Under the pieces are notes generated by a model. It was given only the letters and a program-made list of their open reading frames with translations. It did no database searches and was not told the origin of the DNA. Of a stretch of 64,000 bases of DNA, positions 10,467 through 20,021 are shown piece after piece. The stretch lies in IMG/VR virus record IMGVR_UViG_3300025150_000006, positions 41,231 to 105,230 of that record; one strand, 5' to 3'. The stretch's first letter is position 1; each line of letters opens with the position of its first letter. The DNA is from a virus. The position numbers and the translations under genes are program-made.

Positions 10467-11321
10467 GCGCCCAACCATTGAGGGCTCCAGGTTGAAGTCC
10501 TTCTTCATCAGGTCCCAGTTAACCGAGAACCAACGTCCGGTCCATTCGATGTACCGATGCTGGAGCAGGTACAACACACGAGCAGCGACCGCGATGGGCA
10601 GCAAGGTGAACGTCCCAAATCCGAAGATATTGAGCACCCCACCAAAGGCTGAACCCGGCAGAGAAGCCAGGAAATCAGGGAAAGACATAGCCCCCGTGAC
10701 GGCATCGGTGAGACCCTTGAAATCCCACTCGAACTCCGTGACGTTCATCCACACCCAGATGTAGATGCCCACCATCAACACCCCCATGATGTGAGGAGCG
10801 TGCTGACGTAGCATCTCACCGAAGGAACCCAAGTGGCTGATCCCGGCGTCCAGCACCTTCTTGAGCTTGGGGGACTTGGCCATCAGGCCACTGATCAGGT
10901 CATTGAACGACTTGAGTTTGCCCTTCTCCAGCGTGTAAATGCGCAGGGGCCACGAGTCGAACATCTTGTGGATGAGTCCTCGCAGAGCCTTCTTCGCCTT
11001 CGCGGCCAGGTCCTTGATCGCCCTCGGAATGTCCAGAAGGCTCTTGATGCCGATCAGGTGCTTGAACTTCTCCCAGAGTTGGGGTGCTTTCTTGAACACC
11101 TCTACGAGCTGCTTGAGCTTGCGAATGAGTCCACCGAAAGCCACCCGCCCCTGATACTGAGGCAAGTAGAAGTGCTCTGCAAAGGCAGCCACCACGTCAG
11201 GCGTCAATCCCGACGTGGCCAGGCGTGTGCTTGAGCCGGCACACGCGGCGGTGGCTGCCATACGGACCAGGTAGCGGTCCGCCAGCCGGTCAATTGCCTG
11301 GCGAGCCTGGCCCATCATCAC
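10464..11321 (-). CDS. Hypothetical membrane protein with RLADRY motif
   Basis: N-terminal IDRLADRYLVRMAA; hydrophobic segments IMGVLMVGIYIWVW and GVLNIFGFGTFTLLPIAVAA. Confidence 0.75.
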   Translation of the reverse strand: MMMGQARQAIDRLADRYLVRMAATAACAGSSTRLATSGLTPDVVAAFAEHFYLPQYQGRVAFGGLIRKLKQLVEVFKKAPQLWEKFKHLIGIKSLLDIPRAIKDLAAKAKKALRGLIHKMFDSWPLRIYTLEKGKLKSFNDLISGLMAKSPKLKKVLDAGISHLGSFGEMLRQHAPHIMGVLMVGIYIWVWMNVTEFEWDFKGLTDAVTGAMSFPDFLASLPGSAFGGVLNIFGFGTFTLLPIAVAARVLYLLQHRYIEWTGRWFSVNWDLMKKDFNLEPSMVGR

Positions 11322-11956
11322 ACCTTTAGAGGATTCCCGTCCTCGGTAAACAGTCGCTCGATGACGAACTCGCCACCCTCCTCACGGAACGCCCACAGAT
11401 CCTTGGTCGCCTTGTGCACCAGGTCATTCGAGCCAGTCTTGGACTGCTCGAACATCTCTGAGATGCTACTGAACTCGATGAAGCTCCTCCGTACCTGGTG
11501 AGCCTTCTTCGAGTTGCCAGCCACCCGGCGAAGGTGCTCAGGACTCACCGGCAAGAACTGCCCATCGTCCCAGGCCACCATCACCATCCCGTTATGCACC
11601 GTCACGTCATCACCGTTGGCGTGACGCACGGTGACGACCGTCCCCTTGTCCTCGGGGAGACTGGCGTAGGCCAGTACAGAACCCAAGTTATGGGCGAACG
11701 ACACACGAGTCCCTGCCGTCACAGGGAGCTGGAGAGCATCCGCTGCCCTGGACCGATCGGTCAATGCCCGGAGAGCACTCGTCGAGGAGCCCTCCAGAGT
11801 TCGACCCTGGAGGACGTGGTCGATCATCCCAGTGTCACCCCAGTGGATGTCATCCCCGACCTCGTCACGTCCGGGCAAGAAACTAGCCGTGGCAGCCTGC
11901 TTCTGAACCTTGGGAGGTGCCTGCTCTGCGTCACCAATGAAATCAGTCAGGTCCAT
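11318..11956 (-). CDS. Hypothetical protein (212 aa)
   Basis: GAGG RBS, overlapping coupling with the next gene, KQAA motif near the N-terminus. Confidence 0.75.
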   Translation of the reverse strand: MDLTDFIGDAEQAPPKVQKQAATASFLPGRDEVGDDIHWGDTGMIDHVLQGRTLEGSSTSALRALTDRSRAADALQLPVTAGTRVSFAHNLGSVLAYASLPEDKGTVVTVRHANGDDVTVHNGMVMVAWDDGQFLPVSPEHLRRVAGNSKKAHQVRRSFIEFSSISEMFEQSKTGSNDLVHKATKDLWAFREEGGEFVIERLFTEDGNPLKV

Positions 11957-11964
11957 GGGTCACC

Positions 11965-13224
11965 TCACGCGATCCGAGTTGCTTGCCACTCAACCGTCAT
12001 GGTCTGGTTGGTGGCAAAATTGATGGTGAACCCAGTGGCCAACTTGCCCGTGATCCACGGGGTTTCATCATTGGCAGGCTGCGAAGGAACTTCGAGATGC
12101 ACCTGGTAGACCGCATCCGACATGGGAACATCGAACGACACCGCTACCGTGGTGGCAGCCCCGAAGACCGCAGACCCGGTCTGGGTGGGGAGGTCCAACA
12201 CGGCACCGGCGGCAGGTGCCGTGATCGCTGCAATGGATGTGTTCCGGGCCGTGCAAGTCACGGTCTCGGTCACGAGCAACTCCGCCATCGAGCAGTTGTG
12301 GAACTGGAACGTCTGGTTACCCGACAAGGTCACGGCGGGGAGGACTGTGCCCTCAACGAACAAAGTTCCAGACCCGGCCAGATCCACTGCAAAAGGTGTA
12401 GCGAGACCAGTGTTCTCCGCGATCGCCCCGCAGTCGATGATCCGATAGGTGCCCTCCCCTGAAAAAGGAACGTCGTTGGCCGTGTCGAACCGAAGGTCAA
12501 TGGCCCCCACGCCCTGGACGTAGGACAAACGAAAAGTGCCCACTTCCTGGATGAGCAACAGACCCAGGTCTGCTGCTTCCCCCCACTGGCCCCCGGTGAC
12601 GATCAGGTTCTCGACCGCCGTCGCCCAGATGTTCCGGGTGCCACCAGCCGAGTCGGCACTCAGGTCACAGTCCTTGATCACGATGCCCGAGGACCCCACC
12701 GTCGAGGCTGCAGCACCAATCACTCGGATGCACGCCTTGTTGGTGTGGACGTTCGTGATGGTGAACCCCTGGATGAGGATCGAGAGAGGGATGGTCCCAA
12801 ACTGAGCCGAGATGATGACCGTGTGGTCAGCACCAGGGGCATCGGGAGTCGCTTCGAGAACGGACTCAATAGTGGGGTGGCCCAAGCCAACCAGGCGAAC
12901 GCCATCACGGACGATGTTGACCGTCTCGGTATAGACCCCTGGCAGCACCAGGATGAGGTAGGGATTCGCCGAGGAGGCCGATGTAGGCACCACGTCAAGG
13001 GCTGACTGGATGGTGGTGTACGCCGCCCCGGCTCCACTCTTGCCGACCACCAACACGTTGGTGATGGCGTTCAACCCAGCAAGCTGGGACAGAGTGAGGG
13101 GGCTTGTGATGATCGTGTCTTGGAACGCGAGCCCACCCGTGCCAGCGTCACGGCTGATACGTCGAGTCCCGGCGGAGCCGGGCTCAATGTCAATCTGGTC
13201 GATGAGGAATGGAGCTTGCGCCAT
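11965..13224 (-). CDS. Virion protein with pectin-lyase-like beta-helix and C-terminal beta-sandwich (tailspike/fibre-like)
   Basis: VVGKSGAGAAYTTIQSALD...ILVLPGVYTETV is the typical entry to a pectinesterase-type beta-helix; C-terminal VSFDVPMSDAVYQV...TGFTI domain. Confidence 0.7.
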   Translation of the reverse strand: MAQAPFLIDQIDIEPGSAGTRRISRDAGTGGLAFQDTIITSPLTLSQLAGLNAITNVLVVGKSGAGAAYTTIQSALDVVPTSASSANPYLILVLPGVYTETVNIVRDGVRLVGLGHPTIESVLEATPDAPGADHTVIISAQFGTIPLSILIQGFTITNVHTNKACIRVIGAAASTVGSSGIVIKDCDLSADSAGGTRNIWATAVENLIVTGGQWGEAADLGLLLIQEVGTFRLSYVQGVGAIDLRFDTANDVPFSGEGTYRIIDCGAIAENTGLATPFAVDLAGSGTLFVEGTVLPAVTLSGNQTFQFHNCSMAELLVTETVTCTARNTSIAAITAPAAGAVLDLPTQTGSAVFGAATTVAVSFDVPMSDAVYQVHLEVPSQPANDETPWITGKLATGFTINFATNQTMTVEWQATRIA

Positions 13225-13227
13225 CGG

Positions 13228-13833
13228 TTACCTCACCTGACCTTGATACTTGTGGAGCGTGGTCCGCACGTACTGCCGGATGTCCTTGGCCATCTGGGCG
13301 TAAGGGCCATTTCCCCCGCCATCAAACTCTGTCTCTTCCACCAGGTCGTCCAGGATCTGGGCGGCCTCCAACCCCTTGGAAGCATAACTCTCCAGAGCCT
13401 GCTTGAGCTTGGCCCTGTACTGTCCTGCCCCGGCGAGCCGAGTAGTGGCATACCTTCCCTTGCGAAGGACACCCTTGGCGGCAAGTTGACAGAACAGGCC
13501 AACCCGCATCCGGCGATTCATCAAAATCGGGCTCCCTGACCGACTCATCTTCAGGTAGGCATCCAACCCCTTCTCATCCGCTGTCACACCGCGAAGACGA
13601 CTGGCTTCCTCTCCGAGAAGGGCTGACATCGTATCACGGTCGTAGCCCATCTTGCGTGCTTCCTCACGGAAGACGTTGATGCCCCAGTCGGAGAGTTCCC
13701 CCTGGTTATACCGATCGGGATCACGACCGAAATCCGCCAACATCATCTTGGCGGTCCCAATCAACCCCAGGGGGGATGCGAGCACTCGAAGGGCTAGTTT
13801 GTCTATCCGTGCTTCGTTCATCTTGTTCCTCAC
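13228..13833 (-). CDS. Hypothetical protein (201 aa)
   Basis: Coupled to both neighbours; N-terminal IDKLALRVLAS variant motif. Confidence 0.7.
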   Translation of the reverse strand: MRNKMNEARIDKLALRVLASPLGLIGTAKMMLADFGRDPDRYNQGELSDWGINVFREEARKMGYDRDTMSALLGEEASRLRGVTADEKGLDAYLKMSRSGSPILMNRRMRVGLFCQLAAKGVLRKGRYATTRLAGAGQYRAKLKQALESYASKGLEAAQILDDLVEETEFDGGGNGPYAQMAKDIRQYVRTTLHKYQGQVR

Positions 13834-14519
13834 ACGAACACATCGTAGCCAACCAGCACAGGTGAGCCAGCCGCTGGAACGTGCCCCAACGTGATGGTGA
13901 ACCCCGTCTTGAGCTTGGTCACGGTCGGGACATAGGCGTCGAAGAACCCCTGAGGTGCCAACAGCACTCGGTAGTTCGTCGTGGACAGCGGAGTGGTGAA
14001 CACCACTGCCTTGGACCCAGCATCGGTGTCTGCGATGGACACCGTACCTGACAGGTCACTGGTGCCCGACGTCTTGACGAGCACCGAGTAGCCCACCGTC
14101 TTGGGAGCCGCCAGGGTGCCGTAGACCGTTGCAGCCTCAACCGTGAACCCAGTTGTGGTCCAGCCCGAAGTGATGAGCAACGTCGAGTCAGGGATGGTGA
14201 GCACCACCCGATAGTTCGTGTTGTTCAGCACCCCCGGCGGGATGACTACAGCCTGACTTGTCTGCCCCGTGAACACCACGTTACCCGACTCGACCTCTGT
14301 CTCCAGTTGAAGCAAGGTGACGAGTTCGGTGGCCGCCTTGATGTCGGCCATCACGGTCGCGGACATCGCGGTGTACGGGTCACAGATCCCGCCGGTCGGT
14401 GTGCGGATGTTCCGCACCGACACCACACCCTGTGCATCCACCACGACGTCGAAGTAGTAGGACTGCGACCCCGAGGTGGACTTGTAGGTGTGAACCGACT
14501 GTTGGCGGGTGAGGGCCAT
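13830..14519 (-). CDS. Virion structural protein with two tandem beta-sandwich repeats
   Basis: AVVIPPGVLNNTNYRVVL...TGFTV and AVVFTTPLSTTNYRVLL...TGFTI; Thr/Val-rich. Confidence 0.72.
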   Translation of the reverse strand: MALTRQQSVHTYKSTSGSQSYYFDVVVDAQGVVSVRNIRTPTGGICDPYTAMSATVMADIKAATELVTLLQLETEVESGNVVFTGQTSQAVVIPPGVLNNTNYRVVLTIPDSTLLITSGWTTTGFTVEAATVYGTLAAPKTVGYSVLVKTSGTSDLSGTVSIADTDAGSKAVVFTTPLSTTNYRVLLAPQGFFDAYVPTVTKLKTGFTITLGHVPAAGSPVLVGYDVFV

Positions 14520-14522
14520 CGA

Positions 14523-16493
14523 CTACAGCCCCAGGGCTGTGTTAATCGCCCTACGATCAAAAGAAGTCACCCCGGACTCGAACTGCATTACCCGGCCATC
14601 ATAGTAACCAAAGAGGATCTCCTTGCCTCGACTCTTCTTGGTCACATAGAGACGCCTGCCCTTCCATACCGAGGATGCCGTGAATCCAGCATCCTGAACA
14701 GCCTCCAGACCCTCCTGGAGAGAAAGAGAAGCAGCCGTCCGCTGAGCACGCAGCTCGGCGAGACGAGACGAAGTTGAAGCAATCCTCAGCTTCAGCACTG
14801 CCACGCCCATGCTGCCGTGAGCCAGTGAGACACCATAATCCCTCTTGAACAGGATCCACTTCGCCTGTCCCTGAAGGACCGGAGCACCATCCACGATGGG
14901 GAAGAGCTGCTTGCTGTACACGTTATACTTCTCGGAGTACGTCGTGCGTCCCACCATGAACTCTTGCTCACCTGCCTCATAGGTAGACTTGTAGGTGATG
15001 AACAGACGCTTGCCCTTGGTCAGGCCGTCGTACTGACTGTCCGACATGAGTGTGGCCAGATGAGCATTGTTCTCCTCAGGAGAAGCGAACAGCCTCATCT
15101 TCGGGACCTCAGAGCCCTGATAGGCCATGACGAAGTAGGCATTGTACTTGTAGGCGGACCACTTGCCCGTGTCAGAAGTGAGCTTGGCTACCACCCCATG
15201 GTAGTTGAACTTGGCAAGGGCCTGGATGAGCACCTTGCGAGTCTTCGCGGCCACTTCCTTGGCTTGATCGTTGGTGGCACCCGGAGACAGAAGACCTTCG
15301 ATGACGAAACCTTCTGCACGGTAAGGGACACCATCAGGTGTGATGGTGTTTTCCCTTTCATGTCCCCAGGCCTCAATCGGACCGGCACCAAGTCCTGACC
15401 TCTTCAGGGTGGCTGCCATCAACTTGTAGATGGCAGCCGCTGCCCCCGCAAAGTCCTTGTTTGCCGACCGACGCTTGGCCTCCCGGTCCATGATTGGGGC
15501 CAAGATCCTATGAGCTGCCTGTGCTTGTGCCTGTGCTGCTCGAATCACTTCCTGAGTCGTCCCCTCAGTTTCAACTGAGAGCCACTTGGACCCAGTGGTT
15601 GCCTTCAGGAACTCCTCACTCCACTTGGGCTGGAGATAGTAGCTGTAGCTGGCCTTGAGCGAATCCTGGGAGGGACCCCACTGATGGATCTCAATCTGGA
15701 TCTCGGTTGGCCCACCGCCGATGCTGGGGAGCGTTGGGACCTCAATCTCGGCCTTGCCTGAAAGCCCACCCGTATGATTGGGAGTCACCTTGAACTTGCT
15801 CACCCGACCACCGAGAGCTTTTGCAGCGGCGTCCGACCAGGCACGCAGTGCCGGAGTGACCTGGCTATCATCACCGGCGGTCTTGCCCTTGAACTGATCC
15901 ATCTCGGCCTGGACCTTGGCCATCCTGGCCAACAATGCTGTTCGGTTCACGGTTGCTTCCTTGTTCTTGTACTTCGAGCGGTCCACCCCTCCGGGCCAAC
16001 GCTGCTGAACATACTTCTTGTTGTACTCGCTCTTCTCATCCAGCTCACCAGCGAGCCTCTCATCACCACAGGCGCAGGTGGCGTGGCGCTGAAGGAGCGG
16101 GATGATGAACTGGCGGGACTCGGGAACCTCCGAGGCGACCCGTAGAAGGGCTTGCTTGATCGTGCCCGCTTGCTTGTGCTGTGCCCAAAACAAGTCGGAC
16201 TCTTCTTTTGCCTTCGCTATGACCGCTTGGGCCTTTTGAGCACCAAGCGGCGTGAGCTGCATGTTGAGGGGGTAGTCCATGTCGATGACCACCCCGCCCC
16301 TACCTGCATTGATATAGCCCTTCTTCAAGAGGGCTATTGCTAGACGCGGTGGGATCCCCGAATCCCGGATGGTCCATTCATTGTGGTCTCTCGGCGGGTC
16401 CACTTTGAACTTCTTGACGTCAGCCTTGTACAACCGAACAAGGGCTTCATCGATCGTTCGTACAGGACTGGCCGCTTGCTTGATCGTGCTCAT
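14523..16493 (-). CDS. Modular hypothetical protein (656 aa), candidate processed polyprotein
   Basis: Unrelated-looking blocks separated by KQAA, KQAG, RLAG, KTAG, RIAS, RTAA. Confidence 0.75.
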   Translation of the reverse strand: MSTIKQAASPVRTIDEALVRLYKADVKKFKVDPPRDHNEWTIRDSGIPPRLAIALLKKGYINAGRGGVVIDMDYPLNMQLTPLGAQKAQAVIAKAKEESDLFWAQHKQAGTIKQALLRVASEVPESRQFIIPLLQRHATCACGDERLAGELDEKSEYNKKYVQQRWPGGVDRSKYKNKEATVNRTALLARMAKVQAEMDQFKGKTAGDDSQVTPALRAWSDAAAKALGGRVSKFKVTPNHTGGLSGKAEIEVPTLPSIGGGPTEIQIEIHQWGPSQDSLKASYSYYLQPKWSEEFLKATTGSKWLSVETEGTTQEVIRAAQAQAQAAHRILAPIMDREAKRRSANKDFAGAAAAIYKLMAATLKRSGLGAGPIEAWGHERENTITPDGVPYRAEGFVIEGLLSPGATNDQAKEVAAKTRKVLIQALAKFNYHGVVAKLTSDTGKWSAYKYNAYFVMAYQGSEVPKMRLFASPEENNAHLATLMSDSQYDGLTKGKRLFITYKSTYEAGEQEFMVGRTTYSEKYNVYSKQLFPIVDGAPVLQGQAKWILFKRDYGVSLAHGSMGVAVLKLRIASTSSRLAELRAQRTAASLSLQEGLEAVQDAGFTASSVWKGRRLYVTKKSRGKEILFGYYDGRVMQFESGVTSFDRRAINTALGL

Positions 16494-16499
16494 TGGATC

Positions 16500-16808
16500 T
16501 CACCAGATTCCGGTCGTTTCGAAGCCACGCTTCTCAAACCACTGACCAAGGGCCATCAAGCCGTCGTGATCCTTGGACCACAGCTCCAGGCCATCAAAAC
16601 TGGAAGCGACACCGAGGTCCGCAACACGCGGAACACCCTTCATCGCGACCTTGCCGTCACGGAACGAGTAGAGCAGACTCGCCAAGTTACGGATTTCCTG
16701 TGCACCGTACAGCACACGAATCCGATACTCCGGGAACGAGACCTCACGGAGCCACCTTTCGGCGACCCGTTTCGTCATCAGCACCTGGTTTTTGGACTCA
16801 TTCTTCAT
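16500..16808 (-). CDS. Hypothetical protein with RVAERW motif
   Basis: 102 aa; MTKRVAERWL near the N-terminus. Confidence 0.75.
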   Translation of the reverse strand: MKNESKNQVLMTKRVAERWLREVSFPEYRIRVLYGAQEIRNLASLLYSFRDGKVAMKGVPRVADLGVASSFDGLELWSKDHDGLMALGQWFEKRGFETTGIW

Positions 16809-16844
16809 GGGCGAAGCACCCCTATGCTCTACCTGGTCGGCGGC

Positions 16845-16856
16845 ATAGGCGAACTA
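16845..16856 (-). promoter_or_regulatory. Candidate late promoter TRNT-N4-CTAT
   Basis: TAGTtcgcCTAT ~37 nt upstream of 16808. Confidence 0.5.
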
Positions 16857-16860
16857 ACGC

Positions 16861-17463
16861 CTAGTCGATGACGTGAGTCCAACGGCCATCCCATGCCGGA
16901 CGCTGAACCTCACGGAGGATGTTCAGGTTCTCGGCAATGGTATCGAACATCGCCGCCAGATCCGTCAGACCATTGTGGTCGCGCATCCTCTTAACCGCTC
17001 GAATGAACCGATGCCGCACTAGCCCCTGGGTGACACCAAGCCTCTTGGCGACCTCACTCTGACAGGTCGTCTCCCACATCAACACCATGATCTGGGCGTC
17101 GAGGGGGTCCGGCAAGAAACCGGTCATGGCTTCTTCAAGTTCGGGGCGGGTGATGCTGGGGAGCTGGAGGAGGAACTGGATGCGGGAGGTAGCACGTTTG
17201 AGACGGTAGCAGACCGTGGGTTGACTAACCCCGAAGATGATCGCGATGTCCGTCTGATTGATGTGCCGGAAGAAGTACAGGTCTACGAAGTCAGCTTCCC
17301 GAGGAGGAAGTTGATCGAGCATCCCCCGTACCCGGTCAATCTTGACCATGGACTCCTCAGATGGCTCGGTGAACACCGATTCCAGATGAGATATGGAGTC
17401 CTCGTTCGAGTACCGAGTCTCGATGTCCAGAGGGTCCGTCATGTGATGTCCTGACCAGCTCAT
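16861..17463 (-). CDS. Sigma-70 region-4-like protein with two tandem HTH domains
   Basis: LPPREADFVDLYFF...QTDIAIIFGVSQPTV and MVLMWETTCQSEVAKRLGVTQGLV. Confidence 0.8.
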   Translation of the reverse strand: MSWSGHHMTDPLDIETRYSNEDSISHLESVFTEPSEESMVKIDRVRGMLDQLPPREADFVDLYFFRHINQTDIAIIFGVSQPTVCYRLKRATSRIQFLLQLPSITRPELEEAMTGFLPDPLDAQIMVLMWETTCQSEVAKRLGVTQGLVRHRFIRAVKRMRDHNGLTDLAAMFDTIAENLNILREVQRPAWDGRWTHVID

Positions 17464-17541
17464 CGCAGTCCACGTTGCTCGCGACTCAGATCAAGAAGCA
17501 CCAAGACCACCCCCACTATACCAAAAACTATCGTTCGTCCA

Positions 17542-18090
17542 TCATCCTGCATCAACCTCCTCAAGAAACACCCTGGGGATTGTGGCAACAACATCCAAGG
17601 ATCTCAGGGTGATACGCACGAAACCGTTATCTTGGTCAAGACCTGCAATAAACCCCTCCAACCCCCTGTAGGGACCATCGAGGATACGCACCTGCGCCTT
17701 GAGTGGGATCTCAGCCGTGACCATCTCCCGCAGCTTGCGCTGCATGGCTCCCACCTGGGCATTTGAGATCACAGACAGGTAACGCAACTTGTGCTTTCCC
17801 TGCCTGGTACTCATCACCTGGCTGACATAGGGGGTCTTCTCCAGAGCGAAGTACGCCACCTCGTCAAGTCCAGACCCCACGAAAGCGTAGCCCTCCATCA
17901 GGTGGACGGGGGTCATCTTTCCGTCGCGTGTGAACAACGCGACGGGTACGAACACCGGATGATCGTCCCCCACATGAAGATCCCGACGAAGGGCTCTTTC
18001 GAGGACCCCCTCAACCGCCTGTAGTTCGCCTGCGTGGGTTAGCTCAAGAGCTACCCAGGTGTGTTCGTCACGGAGATCCCCCATCACCAC
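17542..18090 (-). CDS. NusG/RfaH-family transcription elongation factor
   Basis: NGN-like VFVP...LMEGYAFV and KOW motif VRILDGPYRGLEG. Confidence 0.82.
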   Translation of the reverse strand: MVMGDLRDEHTWVALELTHAGELQAVEGVLERALRRDLHVGDDHPVFVPVALFTRDGKMTPVHLMEGYAFVGSGLDEVAYFALEKTPYVSQVMSTRQGKHKLRYLSVISNAQVGAMQRKLREMVTAEIPLKAQVRILDGPYRGLEGFIAGLDQDNGFVRITLRSLDVVATIPRVFLEEVDAG

Positions 18091-19489
18091 TTTCCTGATC
18101 GAGGTCCAGGATGGTCTGGTGGAGCATCAGTGCGAAGTTCGCAGGTGTGATAACTGACGATGACTTGCTCCGGTTGCCAACCACGCTCAGATCCCGCTTG
18201 ATGGAGGCCGGTCCGCGCTCGGCGGCCACCCAGGCGGCGTCCTGGTCAGGAACCATACCAAGGTCCGGCGAACTTCCCTGCATGTCTGGAACCGAAAAAC
18301 GTGGTTCCTGTGGAACCGCACCCTGAACAGGGACTTGATCAAGGGTCTTCACTGGAAGTGCGGGTGTCGGCGCGGATACGGAAACACCCGTGGCCTGCAC
18401 TTGAAGCACCGCCACGGGATCACGAACAGAACCTCCAACGTGATGCAAATGGGCGAGGTCCATCAGCAACATCGCAGCGGTTGGCCTACCCGGCCGGGCA
18501 GCAAAACGTGAAGCAAACCCCAAGAGCTTGGACCCCAGTGATCCACCCAAGGCCACCAACCGTTCCTTGCCCCAATGGGCTGGGACAGATTCCCCAAGAG
18601 ATGCCTGAAAGGCCAACATCGACACTTCGGCCAACCTGTCATAACAGGTGGCCGGAGAAGCCCTCTCCATGATCCTCCGGGCCGCCTCAAATGCCGCAGG
18701 GAGGTTGGTCCCGATCGCGTCAAGGAGATCCAGATAGGCGGTGTTCAGATCCAGGTGAAGGTACTTCTCGACGTGCTCTCGGGTGACCCCTCCAAGCATA
18801 GAGACACCCTCGATAGCCTTGAGGGCATCGCGGATGTGGCACTCGGTGATCTCGGCCACCAGGGTGAGCATCTCGGGCTCGAAAGAGATGTTCTCCTGCT
18901 CGCAGATGTGCTGGAGCCGGTCTGCAATGAGCTGTGGCTGCATTGGTTGAATCACGAAGGCTGGGGCACAACGTGAAAGCACCGTGGCCCTCATCCGCTC
19001 GGGCTCGGTCGTGCAGAAGATGCAGGTGAGCTGCTTGTCCTCAGACCCCGGCATCGTGTCTTCAAGGGGCTTCAGCAGTGCATCCAGAGCATCCTTCGAT
19101 AGCTGGTGAGCCTCGTCAAAGAGATAGATCCGACGTTTACCTGAGAAGGTGCTGTACTGGATCTCCTCCTTGATCTTGTTCACGTCTCCCTTGCCCGAGT
19201 GGGTTGCCGCATCCACCTCCATGAAATCCAAGGAGGTGCCGTGCTCTAGCAACCCTTTGCATGAATGGCATTCATCACAGGGCTCCCCGTCCTGTGTGTT
19301 CTCACAGAGCAGAGCACGGGCCAAGATACGACCCAAGGTGGTCTTACCTCGGCCGCGTTCTCCGCAGAACAGGTAGGATTGCCGGAACCCCCGCCCCTGT
19401 ACAACGTACTGCTTCAGGATGGTGATGGTGGCGTCTTGCCCCAACACATCACTGTAGCGGTAGGGACGGTACTTGATGTCGAGACTCAC
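18068..19489 (-). CDS. dnaX: DNA polymerase III gamma/tau clamp-loader subunit
   Basis: KYRP..VLGQ, Walker A GERGRGKT, Zn module C..PCDECHSC, DEAH, ALLKPLE, SRC motif; GGAGG RBS. Confidence 0.93.
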   Translation of the reverse strand: MSLDIKYRPYRYSDVLGQDATITILKQYVVQGRGFRQSYLFCGERGRGKTTLGRILARALLCENTQDGEPCDECHSCKGLLEHGTSLDFMEVDAATHSGKGDVNKIKEEIQYSTFSGKRRIYLFDEAHQLSKDALDALLKPLEDTMPGSEDKQLTCIFCTTEPERMRATVLSRCAPAFVIQPMQPQLIADRLQHICEQENISFEPEMLTLVAEITECHIRDALKAIEGVSMLGGVTREHVEKYLHLDLNTAYLDLLDAIGTNLPAAFEAARRIMERASPATCYDRLAEVSMLAFQASLGESVPAHWGKERLVALGGSLGSKLLGFASRFAARPGRPTAAMLLMDLAHLHHVGGSVRDPVAVLQVQATGVSVSAPTPALPVKTLDQVPVQGAVPQEPRFSVPDMQGSSPDLGMVPDQDAAWVAAERGPASIKRDLSVVGNRSKSSSVITPANFALMLHQTILDLDQESGDGGSP

Positions 19490-19510
19490 AGCAGTCCTCC
19501 TCTACTCAGA

Positions 19511-20011
19511 TCAGGGCGTGTTCTTGCCCTTCTTCGCTGGGGCGGGGACAGCCTTCTCCCCAAAGAGAGACAGGATGATGTCCGCCTCCGGCGTGGAACC
19601 ACTGGTACGCCAGAACCCGTACTCCTCGACCTCCTCGCGGAAGAAGGACACGTCGGGCAGCTTGACGAAGAACCGCATCTTGTGAGTCTCGGGGTTCTCC
19701 TCGACACCACAGGCACAAAGGTGATGGAACAGCAGAGCTTCCCGCTCGCCATCACTCATCGTCTCCCACTGGTCGCCCGCGAGGGTGATGACGAACTTCC
19801 ACTCCTTCTCCCCGTCCACGACGGACAGCAGAGGGGTCGCCTTGGAGGTCTTGCCTGCGATGATCACGTCACCGCTCTTGCCCGCCTTCTCCTTGAAGAC
19901 GATGAGGATCTCTTCATCGACAAGGGCGAGCCCGGAGAGGACCGCGTTCTTGGCGATCAGGGCCTGCATGGTCTTGTAGACCTCGTCACCAGCTTTCCAC
20001 AGATCAGACAT
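19511..20011 (-). CDS. Putative phage metallopeptidase-like protein (degenerate HExxH)
   Basis: Start revised to MSDLWKA. FVITL...W..MSDGEREALLFHHLC...PDVSFFREEVEEYG matches the layout of the small phage metallopeptidase family. Confidence 0.65.
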   Translation of the reverse strand: MSDLWKAGDEVYKTMQALIAKNAVLSGLALVDEEILIVFKEKAGKSGDVIIAGKTSKATPLLSVVDGEKEWKFVITLAGDQWETMSDGEREALLFHHLCACGVEENPETHKMRFFVKLPDVSFFREEVEEYGFWRTSGSTPEADIILSLFGEKAVPAPAKKGKNTP

Positions 20012-20021
20012 CGTTGCTCTC

